A stretch of 64,000 bases of DNA from an uncultured Oscillospiraceae bacterium. GTDB taxonomy: Bacteria; Bacillota; Clostridia; Christensenellales; CAG-138. Shown here piece by piece: positions 18,360 through 28,998 of this stretch. The stretch is taken from assembly GCA_964440115.1 (NCBI GenBank), contig CAYTPV010000007.1:23107-87106 (forward strand). Direction: 5' to 3'. The notes beneath the pieces are model-generated. The model saw only the letters and a list, made by a program, of their open reading frames with translations, searched no databases and was not told the origin of the DNA. A program made the position numbers and the translations under genes. The first letter of the stretch is position 1, and each line of letters starts with the position of its first letter.

Positions 18360-19508
18360 GTGTATCAAAGGAAGATTGCATTAGAATTAAAAAAGAACGA
18401 GGATAAGCGCAAGAAAGGGACTCTAGAATCAATTATTGAAAATCATGTTGAAAAATATAACGCCTATCTAGATATCAATGTTGATTTAGATAATTTTGTT
18501 GTTGAAATACAAAGCTTGACTGAAGAACTTAATACACAATTATCAAGGCGAAACGCAATTAAGGAAGCAATTGTACGGTATACAAACGATCTTCGCAATA
18601 TTACAGAATTATATTCTATTGCCTATTCCAATTACTATGAATTATTGGGTGATGCTGACTATTTAGAACGTTCCATAAAAAAGGACACTATTGTTTGCCC
18701 TATTTGTGGAACTGAACATTCAAATAGCTTCAATAATCGCTTCAATCTGTTTCGTGATATCCAAGAATGCGAACAATTAATGAGTTCATATTTTGATAAA
18801 AAATATGAGCTCGAAAAGCAACTAAGCGAATGTACTGCGGACTTTAATAAACTGAACGAATATATTGAAACGGTTAATTCTATTCTCAATCGAAAAAGAG
18901 ACAAACTGGCCTTTAGGGATGTCGTATTGGCCGAAGGTTCAAAATCGATATTGTATGATATGAAAAAAGAACTGGGGCTTATCAGATCTTCTTTAGCACA
19001 GACGGAAGCAGATTTGAAGGATATTACAAAAGAGCAGACGAGAATTTCTAAAGACGGGCGGGATATAACTGATTTGTACCTCGAGCAGCTTAGAAACTAC
19101 TTAAGATTACTGGATGTAAATGATATCCGAGAAAACGATGTAAAGAAATTTACAGCATCATTTGCAAGCGGCGGCAATGATCTACCGTGTGCTATTCTAG
19201 CCCAAGTATATGCAATAGCATACGTTGCAGGAATATATTCACACACTGTTATGGCTCCTATAGTGTTGGATGCAATATTTCAACAAGAACCTGCAAAGGC
19301 TAAGATACAGCAGATATTTAGATTTTTATTAAGAGAACAGCCGCCTGAAACACAACTGATTATTTCTACAACAGAATTATATGGCAATAATCCGGCGGGA
19401 AAGATAATTGTATTAGACAGAGAGAGAGGTCTATTATGCAAAAGTGATTATGACACCATTACCACAGAATTAGAGTGCTTTAAAGCTTTAGCATATGATC
19501 AAACATAA
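18360..19508 (+). pseudogene. C-terminal part of an SMC-like ABC ATPase (Lamassu LmuB / ABC-three-component-like), N-terminus missing
   Basis: Coiled coil with CPICG hook, SGGNDLPCAILA signature-like motif, PIVLDAIFQQE Walker B region, QLIIST; no Walker A in the ORF. Confidence 0.65.
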
Positions 19509-19574
19509 ATTGACTACCACAAAGGCTGCTTCGAGCAATTGTTAGTTTGATATCATCGTAAAGGCTAAAATAGA

Positions 19575-19605
19575 AAAAAGGAGCGACTTTTAATCGCTCC
19601 TTTTT
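19575..19605. terminator. Bidirectional intrinsic terminator
   Basis: aaaaaggagcga...tcgctccttttt between convergent ORFs. Confidence 0.8.
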
Positions 19606-19610
19606 ATAAT

Positions 19611-19826
19611 TCATGCAACCTCGTGCCACCTGTTTTCCCTAGCAAGCACATTCCCGTCATTGTCCCCAAACTTGGGTATCTCCCTATAATGGGGAAACGT
19701 CGCAAGGAACCACCGTTTCACATAGTTGTATGGATTACGTTGCACCCCCGCCATTGTCCTGACTGTTTTAAAATCTTGCCAAATAAATAGGGCATCTTGG
19801 AGCTTGATACTTCTTGAAGATACCAA
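19611..19826 (-). CDS. Small hypothetical or degraded ORF downstream of the integrase
   Basis: 71-aa ORF co-oriented with the integrase, followed by a terminator; start lacks a clear RBS. Confidence 0.35.
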   Translation of the reverse strand: MVSSRSIKLQDALFIWQDFKTVRTMAGVQRNPYNYVKRWFLATFPHYREIPKFGDNDGNVLARENRWHEVA

Positions 19827-19887
19827 TCATGATGCAGTAAGTTGATTTGGGTTGTAGTATTTTCTATAAAGTTTGTATGGACTTCTA

Positions 19888-20787
19888 TCAAAGATGCGCC
19901 AATACGCCTGTTCTTCTAGCTGTACGCAAAATCTGAGCGTCCTGCATCGATTCTAGGTATCTTTGCGTGATTGCAACACTTTCATGCCCTAAAAGCCGGC
20001 TAAGGCTATATAAGTCAAGCCCGTTTTTTAACTGTAGTTGCGCAAAGGTGTGCCTACAGGTATGAGGCGAGACTCTTACCATAGGATTCACATTTACTGC
20101 TGCCGCCGCATTCTTAATGAACTTCGAAATTCCTTCCTCAGTCAACCGTTTTCCATTCTTGCTTAGAAACACAAGGTCACTCTCGCGCCTGTACTGAAAA
20201 TAGGCGTTTCGGACTTGTAAGTATTTCATTAACCATTTCGCAACCATTGGGTTTTTGGGGACAACACGTTCCTTTCTTCCTTTTCCATAAATGCAAAAGT
20301 AGGTGTCTCTTATTTGGTCCAAGCGCATATTGATAAGCTCCCCGAGGCGAATGCCCGTATTGAAGAAAATCATAAGTATTATCTTGTTTCGGATGCTCAG
20401 ATAGTCCATTCCATTGTAGTAGTTGATGATCTTTGTTATTTCCTCATCGGAGAAGGTATGTATGAGGACTTTTGGTTGTTTCAAATTCTTGATCTTCTCA
20501 GTTAAAAGTGAGCTGGTATAACCTTCATTAAACGCATAACGAGACAGGCATTTTATTGATTTCAGAATGTCATTGATATAGGACGGCTTATTTCCTCTTC
20601 GCTCATAGCTGACAAGAAATTCTTTTATCATCTGCGGCCTTATCTGTTCTACTTCAGAAATATTTTGCCGTTCTAGGAACGCAAGGAAATAAGAGATTTG
20701 TGTTTGATAGAACTTGACCGTTCTGGGCGAGAGATTCCGCACATAGCAATCGAATTCAAACTCTTTGGCTAACTCTTTGAGCAACAT
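19888..20787 (-). CDS. Tyrosine recombinase/integrase
   Basis: Catalytic residues all present: TGIR, GKGRKER, HTCRH, LGHES, TQRY; start set at ATG 20787 after AAAGAGGT. Confidence 0.95.
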   Translation of the reverse strand: MLLKELAKEFEFDCYVRNLSPRTVKFYQTQISYFLAFLERQNISEVEQIRPQMIKEFLVSYERRGNKPSYINDILKSIKCLSRYAFNEGYTSSLLTEKIKNLKQPKVLIHTFSDEEITKIINYYNGMDYLSIRNKIILMIFFNTGIRLGELINMRLDQIRDTYFCIYGKGRKERVVPKNPMVAKWLMKYLQVRNAYFQYRRESDLVFLSKNGKRLTEEGISKFIKNAAAAVNVNPMVRVSPHTCRHTFAQLQLKNGLDLYSLSRLLGHESVAITQRYLESMQDAQILRTARRTGVLAHL

Positions 20788-20956
20788 AAAAACATACCTC
20801 TTTCTCAAAGCTTTACACTCAAAGAAAGAGGTATGATAACGCTTTTGGATTTTGTACGGTTATCGTACCATGCGCGGTTTATCGTACCACAAAGATACCC
20901 AAACCTTAACGTTTATCGGCACGCCCGCAACAGAAAACCCAGCCAAATCGGTTGTT

Positions 20957-22006
<1,050 letters not shown>

Positions 22007-22162
22007 TTATAGTTTAAGCCCATATAAATAATATAAGGCAATAAAACCTTTGCTTATACTATCGCATTTTTTGGGCTTATGCAAGAGCCATTTGCCCATT
22101 ATTCGTTAATATTAACACAGACAGGCCGGACATACGTCCGGCCTATGGAAACAGCCTGTATT

Positions 22163-23293
22163 TCAGGTGTTTTGGCCTTCCAGCAAAGCCTGCGGATTAA
22201 GAGGCTGCAAGTCTTTCGGCACGAACATGCCGTCCTTACGGATAAGTACGTCGTCAAACCACATCTCGCCGCCGCCATAGGCAGGTGTCTGTATGCATAC
22301 AAGGTCCCAATGCAAGGCCGACTTATTGCCGTTAAACGCGTCGTCGTAACAGCATCCCGGCGTGAAGTGGAAGCTGCCGGCGATCTTCTCATCAAAAAGC
22401 GTATCCTTCATGGGCTTATTGATATAGGGGTTCACGCCTATGGCGAATTCACCCACATATCGTGCGCCTTCATCCATATCAAACACCTTGGTAATACGTT
22501 CGGTATCGTTGGACTGCGAATCGACGATTTTTCCATCTTTAAAAGTCAGACGGATATCCGTAAACGTAAAGCCGTCATGTACGGAAGGGGTATTGTAAGT
22601 GAGCACGCCATTGATGCTGGTTTTCACCGGGGCTGTGAATATTTCTCCGTCGGGTATGTTCATATGCCCTGCACAGATGACGGCCGGTATACCCTTAATA
22701 GAAAAGCTCAAATCTGTGCCCGGGCCTTTTATGGATACTTTATCCGTGCGTTCCATCAGCTCTTTGAGCGGCTGCATAGCCTTTTCCATGCGTGAATAAT
22801 CAAGGTTGCAGACGTTGAAATAATAATCCTCAAATGCTTCCGTGCTCATGGCGGCAAGCTGCGCCATGCTGGGATTCGGATATCTGAGCACCACCCATTT
22901 TGTTTTCGGTACGCGGATATGGCTGTGCACCGGTTCCCAGTACAGGCGCTGGTTGCGCTCTATCTGTGCCTGCGGAACATCGGAAAGCTCGGATGCGTTG
23001 CTGCCGCCGCGTATGCCGATATATGCCTGCATGCGGGACATCATTTCGCCGTCCAGTTCAGCCCGCAGTTTTAACTGCTCGTCAGTACAGCCCATCAGCA
23101 GTGCCCGGTCTATGCTTTTTTCTCCGAGCCATACAAAGGGCACACCTCCGGCGGCGTAAGCTTCCTGAATAAGTGCCTGTGTAAGCGGCTCGTTGCCGCC
23201 AATGGATTCTATGAGCACTTTTTCGCCAGCCTGCAGGTCGCATGAAAAGCGAATGAGATTTTTAGCGAGAATTCGGATACGAGGATCGACCAT
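22163..23293 (-). CDS. Aminopeptidase, peptidase M29 (AmpS/aminopeptidase T family)
   Basis: NIPDGEIFTAP, GEFAIGVN, LFDEKIAGSFHFTPG, SALHWDLV. Confidence 0.92.
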   Translation of the reverse strand: MVDPRIRILAKNLIRFSCDLQAGEKVLIESIGGNEPLTQALIQEAYAAGGVPFVWLGEKSIDRALLMGCTDEQLKLRAELDGEMMSRMQAYIGIRGGSNASELSDVPQAQIERNQRLYWEPVHSHIRVPKTKWVVLRYPNPSMAQLAAMSTEAFEDYYFNVCNLDYSRMEKAMQPLKELMERTDKVSIKGPGTDLSFSIKGIPAVICAGHMNIPDGEIFTAPVKTSINGVLTYNTPSVHDGFTFTDIRLTFKDGKIVDSQSNDTERITKVFDMDEGARYVGEFAIGVNPYINKPMKDTLFDEKIAGSFHFTPGCCYDDAFNGNKSALHWDLVCIQTPAYGGGEMWFDDVLIRKDGMFVPKDLQPLNPQALLEGQNT

Positions 23294-23325
23294 TATTCTT
23301 CTCCTTTGCCAGCTTCTATTTGCTG

Positions 23326-23703
23326 TTATCCTTTGCTGCGCCTGCCCCGATTATCCGTCGGACGCTTCCTTGAGCCGGTTTTTGAGCCGGGTCCGGTACG
23401 GTTGGTGGCATTGTCCTGCTCTCTGAGGAGACCTAAAACAATTGCACAGTTGAATCCGATTGTTACGCCCTCGAGAGACTGCGCTACAGACGCACTCAGC
23501 TGCAGCATCTGCGAAACAACCAATACGAGGGTTGCAAGCAGCGTGCCAATCAGCAATACGGCAAGCAGGCCTTTGGTCTTGGTATTCAGGTGCATATTGC
23601 GCCTGAGCCAGGCAGGAAAATTCAATTTTGTGAACAGCAGCATGGAGAGGCCAAGGCCGGCGATAAGACCTACCGCCGTGTAAATCGACCAAAACTCAAA
23701 CAT
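23326..23703 (-). CDS. Small hypothetical membrane protein
   Basis: Three hydrophobic segments and a basic low-complexity tail; start after AAGGATGG. Confidence 0.6.
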   Translation of the reverse strand: MFEFWSIYTAVGLIAGLGLSMLLFTKLNFPAWLRRNMHLNTKTKGLLAVLLIGTLLATLVLVVSQMLQLSASVAQSLEGVTIGFNCAIVLGLLREQDNATNRTGPGSKTGSRKRPTDNRGRRSKG

Positions 23704-23757
23704 AGTTCCACCATCCTTAGTTATTATCATGTGCGTTTGCAGTGAATATGATTGCCG

Positions 23758-24684
23758 TTAGCATCCATGACGTTCCTTCACAATATACAAAGGACGTCCT
23801 TTCAATTCGTCATACATACGGCTGATATATGCGCCCTGTATGCCCATGGCGGTAAGCATGGCTCCCTGCAGGAACACGATGCCGTCCACTGCCCAAAGCC
23901 AGGGAGCCACGCCAATGGTTGCGGCAAGCACAATAAGTGCTATCAGACCAAGACCTGCGAAACACATCAACCACAGACCAATCCAGCCGGGCAAAGTCAG
24001 CGGACGGGAGGAAAAGCCTGTGATACCGTCAAACGCAAGTTTGAGCATTTTTTTGAGCGTGTACTTTGTTTTGCCTGCATATCGTTCGGCACGGACATAT
24101 TCAAGCGGTTCGGCAGTGAAACCCATCCAGGCCGACATGCCGCGCAAAAACCGGTTATGTTCCCGCATATGAAGGAATTCGTCGGCGACCGCTCTGTCCA
24201 GCAGACGGAAATCGCCGCTGTCCAGCGGAATAGGATACGCGCTCATCATAGAAAGAATGCGATAATAAAGGAATGCCGTTAGCAGCTTAAATGCGGTTTC
24301 ACCCTGTCGTTTCTGGCGTTTGCCGTATACGATCTGCGCGCCCTGCTCCCAGCGTTCCACCATCTTTCCAATCAGCTCGGGTGGGTCCTGCAAGTCTACG
24401 TCTATCACGATAAGCGCGTCGCCCTTTGCGATATCCATACCTGCCGTGACGGCAAGCTGATGGCCGAAATTGCGTGAAAACGAAAGCACGCGTACGGCAT
24501 CGTTCTGCTTTGCAAACGAACGGAGGATAGCAAGCGATCCGTCCTTGCTGCCGTCGTCTACATAAATCAACTCATAAGGATAACCTATAGCTTTCATTGC
24601 GGCATCGAACCGCTCGTAAGAAGCAGGCAGTACTTCCTGCTCGTTGAATACGGGAATGATAACGGAAAGAAGCTTGTCCTTCAT
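23758..24684 (-). CDS. Glycosyltransferase family 2 (bactoprenol glycosyltransferase, GtrB/YkcC-like)
   Basis: VIIPVFNE, DDGSKDGS, FSRNFGHQLA, DVDLQDPP, two C-terminal TMs. Confidence 0.92.
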   Translation of the reverse strand: MKDKLLSVIIPVFNEQEVLPASYERFDAAMKAIGYPYELIYVDDGSKDGSLAILRSFAKQNDAVRVLSFSRNFGHQLAVTAGMDIAKGDALIVIDVDLQDPPELIGKMVERWEQGAQIVYGKRQKRQGETAFKLLTAFLYYRILSMMSAYPIPLDSGDFRLLDRAVADEFLHMREHNRFLRGMSAWMGFTAEPLEYVRAERYAGKTKYTLKKMLKLAFDGITGFSSRPLTLPGWIGLWLMCFAGLGLIALIVLAATIGVAPWLWAVDGIVFLQGAMLTAMGIQGAYISRMYDELKGRPLYIVKERHGC

Positions 24685-24887
24685 ATGTCCTCCCATGTGG
24701 CTGTTTTGCCTGATTGACGCTTGTTTTGGCTCTTGCGTCTTTGTAACATTATATCCATTTTTATCACAGGAAACAATCTAAATCGCCAGCGTCCAAATTA
24801 TTCGGACATGTGGCCGTATTTGTCGACAAAAAACGATTGCAATACCGTATTGTTAGGGTATAATACAAACAAAGGAGCGTGATGAAA

Positions 24888-25823
24888 ATGGCACTGGTTA
24901 CCAGCACGGAAATGTTCAAAAAGGCATATGCGGGCGGTTATGCGATCGGCGCGTTTAACGTGAACAACATGGAGATCATCCAGGGGATCACCGAAGCGGC
25001 CAAAGAAACGCAGTCTCCGTTGATTCTGCAGGTTTCCGCAGGCGCACGCAAATACGCCAATCATACCTATTTAATGAAACTGGTAGAAGCAGCGATTATA
25101 GAGACCAATCTGCCTATCTGCCTGCATCTTGATCATGGCGATACTTTTGAGCTGTGCAAGAGCTGCATTGACGGCGGGTTTACGTCCGTTATGATCGACG
25201 GTTCGCACCATCCATACGAAGAGAACATCGCGCTCACCCGTAAGGTTGTAGAGTATGCGCACGATCGCGGCGTTGTTGTGGAAGGCGAACTCGGTCGTCT
25301 GGCCGGCATTGAAGATGCTGTAAACGTCAACGCGGAGGATGCTTCCTATACCCGCCCCGAAGAAGTGCATGATTTTGTAACCCGCACCGGCGTAGATTCA
25401 CTTGCCATTGCCATTGGCACCAGCCATGGCGCATATAAATTCAAGCCCGGCACAAAGCCGCAGCTGCGCTTTGATATTCTCGAACGTATTCAGCAGCTTC
25501 TGCCTGAGTACCCCATCGTACTTCATGGCGCATCTTCTGTTGTGCAGGAGTTTGTAACCATGATCAACGAAAACGGCGGCAATATGCCCGGCGCTATCGG
25601 CGTACCTGAGGATATGCTGCGCAAGGCTGCGAGCATGGCGGTATGCAAAATCAATATTGACAGCGACCTGCGGCTTGCGATGACAGGAACCGTCCGCAAA
25701 TACCTTGCGGATCATCCGGATCATTTCGATCCCCGCCAGTACCTCAAACCTGCCCGCGACGCGATTAAGGAAATGGTCAAGCACAAAATCGTCAACGTGC
25801 TCGGCAGCGACGGGAAGGCGTAA
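24888..25823 (+). CDS. fba: Class II fructose-1,6-bisphosphate aldolase
   Basis: HLDHG, VEGELG, AIGTSHGAYK, VLHGASS, KINIDSD; alternative start 24882. Confidence 0.97.
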   Translation: MALVTSTEMFKKAYAGGYAIGAFNVNNMEIIQGITEAAKETQSPLILQVSAGARKYANHTYLMKLVEAAIIETNLPICLHLDHGDTFELCKSCIDGGFTSVMIDGSHHPYEENIALTRKVVEYAHDRGVVVEGELGRLAGIEDAVNVNAEDASYTRPEEVHDFVTRTGVDSLAIAIGTSHGAYKFKPGTKPQLRFDILERIQQLLPEYPIVLHGASSVVQEFVTMINENGGNMPGAIGVPEDMLRKAASMAVCKINIDSDLRLAMTGTVRKYLADHPDHFDPRQYLKPARDAIKEMVKHKIVNVLGSDGKA

Positions 25824-25835
25824 AAATGGCATAAA

Positions 25836-25866
25836 GCGGACGGGGTGAGCCTCCGTCCGCTTTTTG
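25836..25866 (+). terminator. Intrinsic terminator after fba
   Basis: gcggacgggg-tgag-cctccgtccgc followed by a T-run. Confidence 0.75.
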
Positions 25867-26017
25867 TATACCCTGCGTTTTTTTGGCTGCATTTTTTGAC
25901 GCAGCGAGTTCACAAAAATGCCTCTGACGGATTGCAGGGATTTTGTACATACTTGTAGAATAGAACATTAGTAGCGCGCAGTCTAAGATCAATGCGCGCC
26001 GGAAGGAGTTGACTAGC

Positions 26018-26557
26018 ATGCGTATTTCAATCTCCGGAAAAAACATCGAAGTATCCGACTACCTGCGCGACCTCATCAACAAGAAGGTCGGCAAACTGGA
26101 ACGGTATTTCCCCAAGGATACCGAAATCCAGGTAACCATGGCCGTTGAACGGAACCGGCATATCGTTGAGGTAACAATCCCGTACGAGAACATCATTCTG
26201 CGTGGCGAGGAGGTAACTGGCGACATGTACGCTTCTATCGACAATGTGCTCGACAAACTGGAGAAGCAGATATTCAAACACCGTACCCGCCTTGAGAAAA
26301 ACCTGAAATCCGGCGCGTTCAGGTATGATTCTCCCGTTTATGGAGAGTCCTATGAAGATGCAGCGGATGAACAGGGCCCCAGCATCGTGCGTGTCAAGCG
26401 TTTCCCCATCAAGCCCATGAGCGAGGAAGAGGCAATGCTGCAGATGTCGCTGCTGGGTCACTCGTTCTTTGTGTTTGAAAACGCGAGTACGCGGGATATC
26501 AATGTGCTGTATGTTCGCCGCGACGGGAACTATGGTCTTATAGAACCGGAGCGCTGA
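26018..26557 (+). CDS. hpf: Ribosome hibernation promoting factor (long HPF)
   Basis: MRISISGKNIEV, DMYASID..LEKQI, KPMSEEEAMLQMSLLGH. Confidence 0.95.
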   Translation: MRISISGKNIEVSDYLRDLINKKVGKLERYFPKDTEIQVTMAVERNRHIVEVTIPYENIILRGEEVTGDMYASIDNVLDKLEKQIFKHRTRLEKNLKSGAFRYDSPVYGESYEDAADEQGPSIVRVKRFPIKPMSEEEAMLQMSLLGHSFFVFENASTRDINVLYVRRDGNYGLIEPER

Positions 26558-26569
26558 GCCGCAATATAA

Positions 26570-26601
26570 CGGCGGGCGGGTCAAATGACCCGCCCGTTTT
26601 T
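26570..26601 (+). terminator. Intrinsic terminator after hpf
   Basis: gggcgggtc-aaat-gacccgccc followed by gttttt. Confidence 0.8.
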
Positions 26602-26616
26602 CATTCGCATATATCG

Positions 26617-27222
26617 TTATACTGTGATGACTTTTCCAGCCTTTTGCATGGCGGATAGAATTTCATACATGTTGCTGACAGTTCCTGCTTTTAATTGATC
26701 TGTCAGCCCGTAAAAATTCAGGCAGGTTCCGCAAACAAGTATTTGTACACCTTTTTCTGTCAGCACATGCAGGCTGTCGATGATCTGTTGCTCGTTACCC
26801 GCGGCAAGCTTTACGCCGGCATTCATGAACAACAGGTATTGAGGCAGAGCATCGCTTTGTGACAATGTATATAGGAACATTTTCATCAAAGAATATCCCA
26901 GCGTGGGGTCCCCGTCTCCAACAAAATCCTTGCCGACGAATACCGCATACCCCGTTTCAGGAGCACAACTGATGACGGGAAGCGGGGTCTGCTCCAGCGG
27001 ACTGCCGGAGGACTGGCCTGTGATTATTACAGAAAAACCGCCCTCAACAGGCTGGCTTTGTATCTGCCTGCCGCCGGATTGCGCAAGCCTCGTGAGGTTT
27101 TGTACCGCGATTGCGTTATCCACCAGTATTTCCACAGTATCGTTTCCTTCGTCCAGCGCTTTTTTCGCAAGAATCACAGGCTGCGGGCATTGTAGACCCT
27201 TTGCATTGAGTTGTATCTTCAT
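26617..27222 (-). CDS. yedF: YedF-family sulfurtransferase-like selenium metabolism protein (TusA + DsrE domains)
   Basis: GLQCPQPVI TusA motif; MNAGVKL and CGTCLNFY DsrE-like motifs. Confidence 0.88.
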   Translation of the reverse strand: MKIQLNAKGLQCPQPVILAKKALDEGNDTVEILVDNAIAVQNLTRLAQSGGRQIQSQPVEGGFSVIITGQSSGSPLEQTPLPVISCAPETGYAVFVGKDFVGDGDPTLGYSLMKMFLYTLSQSDALPQYLLFMNAGVKLAAGNEQQIIDSLHVLTEKGVQILVCGTCLNFYGLTDQLKAGTVSNMYEILSAMQKAGKVITV

Positions 27223-27336
27223 GACTTTCTCCTTATATTTCACATGTCGGTCGTTGTCCTTATTTGAGCATAATGCTATACGCATTGTCAATACAAAATT
27301 CACATGCTATACTCAACCACGACAGGAGGCGACAGC

Positions 27337-27609
27337 ATGCGAGGAGAAACCTACTATATGTTATCATTTGATTCGACGCATGCGGCCATGCGCGCGGAGC
27401 AGCATTTAAAGGAACAGCTCTTGGTTTGCGCGATGCCGACGCTGCGAGCGGTCAGCGCAGGCTGCGGAATATCTTTGCGCATAGAAGAGGGAGAATATCC
27501 AAAGCTGGAGGAGGCTCTAAAAAAAGAGTATCCGGCAAACGCACAGCCCTATCGCCTGTATCTGGTAACGCCGAACGGGCCGGAATTGGTAAGCAAGAGC
27601 GGTACTTGA
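27337..27609 (+). CDS. DUF3343-family putative Se/S carrier protein
   Basis: FDSTHAAM, PTLRAVSAGCGISLR motifs; AGGAGG RBS. Confidence 0.8.
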   Translation: MRGETYYMLSFDSTHAAMRAEQHLKEQLLVCAMPTLRAVSAGCGISLRIEEGEYPKLEEALKKEYPANAQPYRLYLVTPNGPELVSKSGT

Positions 27610-27644
27610 TTGAAGTAAAAAACCGCAGTATTTGAGGAGAAACG

Positions 27645-28403
27645 ATGTTACACGCATTTTCCAGAACGGAACTGCTGTTGGGCAGCGATGGGATGCAGAA
27701 GCTGGGGCAGGCGGCCGTAGCTGTATTCGGCATCGGCGGAGTGGGTTCTTATGCCGTGGAAGCGCTTGCACGCAGCGGGGTAGGCCGTATTGCGATATTT
27801 GACGATGACAGCGTGTGCCTGACCAATATCAATCGTCAGCTGATCGCGGTTCGCTCCACTGTCGGCCGTAAAAAAGTGGATGTCATGCGCGAACGGATAT
27901 TGGACATCAACCCCAAGTGTATGGTAGAGGCGAACGAATGCTTTTATACTGCGGAAAATGCCGCTGAATATGACTTCAGCGGCTACAGCTATATCATCGA
28001 TGCCATCGATACCGTATCTTCCAAATTAACACTCATAGAACGCGCATATGCGGCGGGCGTTCCCATTATCAGCTGTATGGGGGCGGGGAATAAGCTGGAT
28101 CCCACTCGGCTGGAAGTAGCGGATATTTATAAAACCAGCGTTTGCCCTTTGGCTCGCGTCATGCGAAAGGAATTGCGGTCGAGAGGAATTCCCTCGCTTA
28201 AGGTGGTATTTTCAAAAGAAGAGGCAATTACGCCGATCGAAGACGAGAGCTTAAGCTGCAAGCATAACTGCGTTTGCCCGCCGGACGCCAAACGAACCTG
28301 TGCGGTCAGAAGGCAGGTGCCTGGCAGCATTGCATTTGTTCCCTCTGTTGCGGGTCTGATACTTGCGGGAGAGGTGATCCGCAGCATCGCAGGCTGCGAA
28401 TGA
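27645..28403 (+). CDS. tcdA: tRNA threonylcarbamoyladenosine dehydratase (ThiF family)
   Basis: GIGGVGS, TNINRQL, DAIDTVSSK, CPLARVMRKELR. Confidence 0.92.
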   Translation: MLHAFSRTELLLGSDGMQKLGQAAVAVFGIGGVGSYAVEALARSGVGRIAIFDDDSVCLTNINRQLIAVRSTVGRKKVDVMRERILDINPKCMVEANECFYTAENAAEYDFSGYSYIIDAIDTVSSKLTLIERAYAAGVPIISCMGAGNKLDPTRLEVADIYKTSVCPLARVMRKELRSRGIPSLKVVFSKEEAITPIEDESLSCKHNCVCPPDAKRTCAVRRQVPGSIAFVPSVAGLILAGEVIRSIAGCE

Positions 28404-28422
28404 TAGAGTTGGGGGTATTTCC

Positions 28423-28920
28423 ATGCAAATAAGGGATGCGGCAGAAGGGGATATTGCCGCGCTCAGAGCAATTATGAACTATTATCGCGAAAACAGCAGT
28501 TTCATATGGGAAAAAAAGCTGCTGACGGACGCGGATGTTCAGGCGTGGCTCGAAGAGCACAGTGCGCTGCCATATGCTGCGCTGGTTGCAGAAGAAGACG
28601 GCAAAGTCATAGGGTTTGCATCCCTTTCGTGTTTCCGTGCTTACAGCGGTTATAGACAAACGGCGGAGAACAGCATCTATCTGTCCCCTGAACTGACAGA
28701 CAGGGGATATGGCGGCGCGCTGATGTGCGCTTTGCTGATGCGCGCGCAACAAAATGGGTTGCGGGTAGTCACGGCATGGATAGATTCTGAAAACCAGAAT
28801 TCCGTACGCTTCCATGAACGCTTTGGCTTTAAGCAGACAGGACTCATGCAGGATGTAGGCGTATTGGATAATGAACCAAGAAGCGTTGTGATTATGCAAT
28901 ACATGGCGGAAATGTCTTAG
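28423..28920 (+). CDS. GNAT acetyltransferase (phosphinothricin/methionine sulfoximine acetyltransferase-like)
   Basis: AENSIYL, RGYGGALM, SVRFHERFGF. Confidence 0.85.
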   Translation: MQIRDAAEGDIAALRAIMNYYRENSSFIWEKKLLTDADVQAWLEEHSALPYAALVAEEDGKVIGFASLSCFRAYSGYRQTAENSIYLSPELTDRGYGGALMCALLMRAQQNGLRVVTAWIDSENQNSVRFHERFGFKQTGLMQDVGVLDNEPRSVVIMQYMAEMS

Positions 28921-28998
28921 GGCTATACAGTCTGCTTTCATGGGGTTATACTAGTCGAGGCATGTCCGGGATCGGACTGGTGTTGCTTGGAGGTTGAA

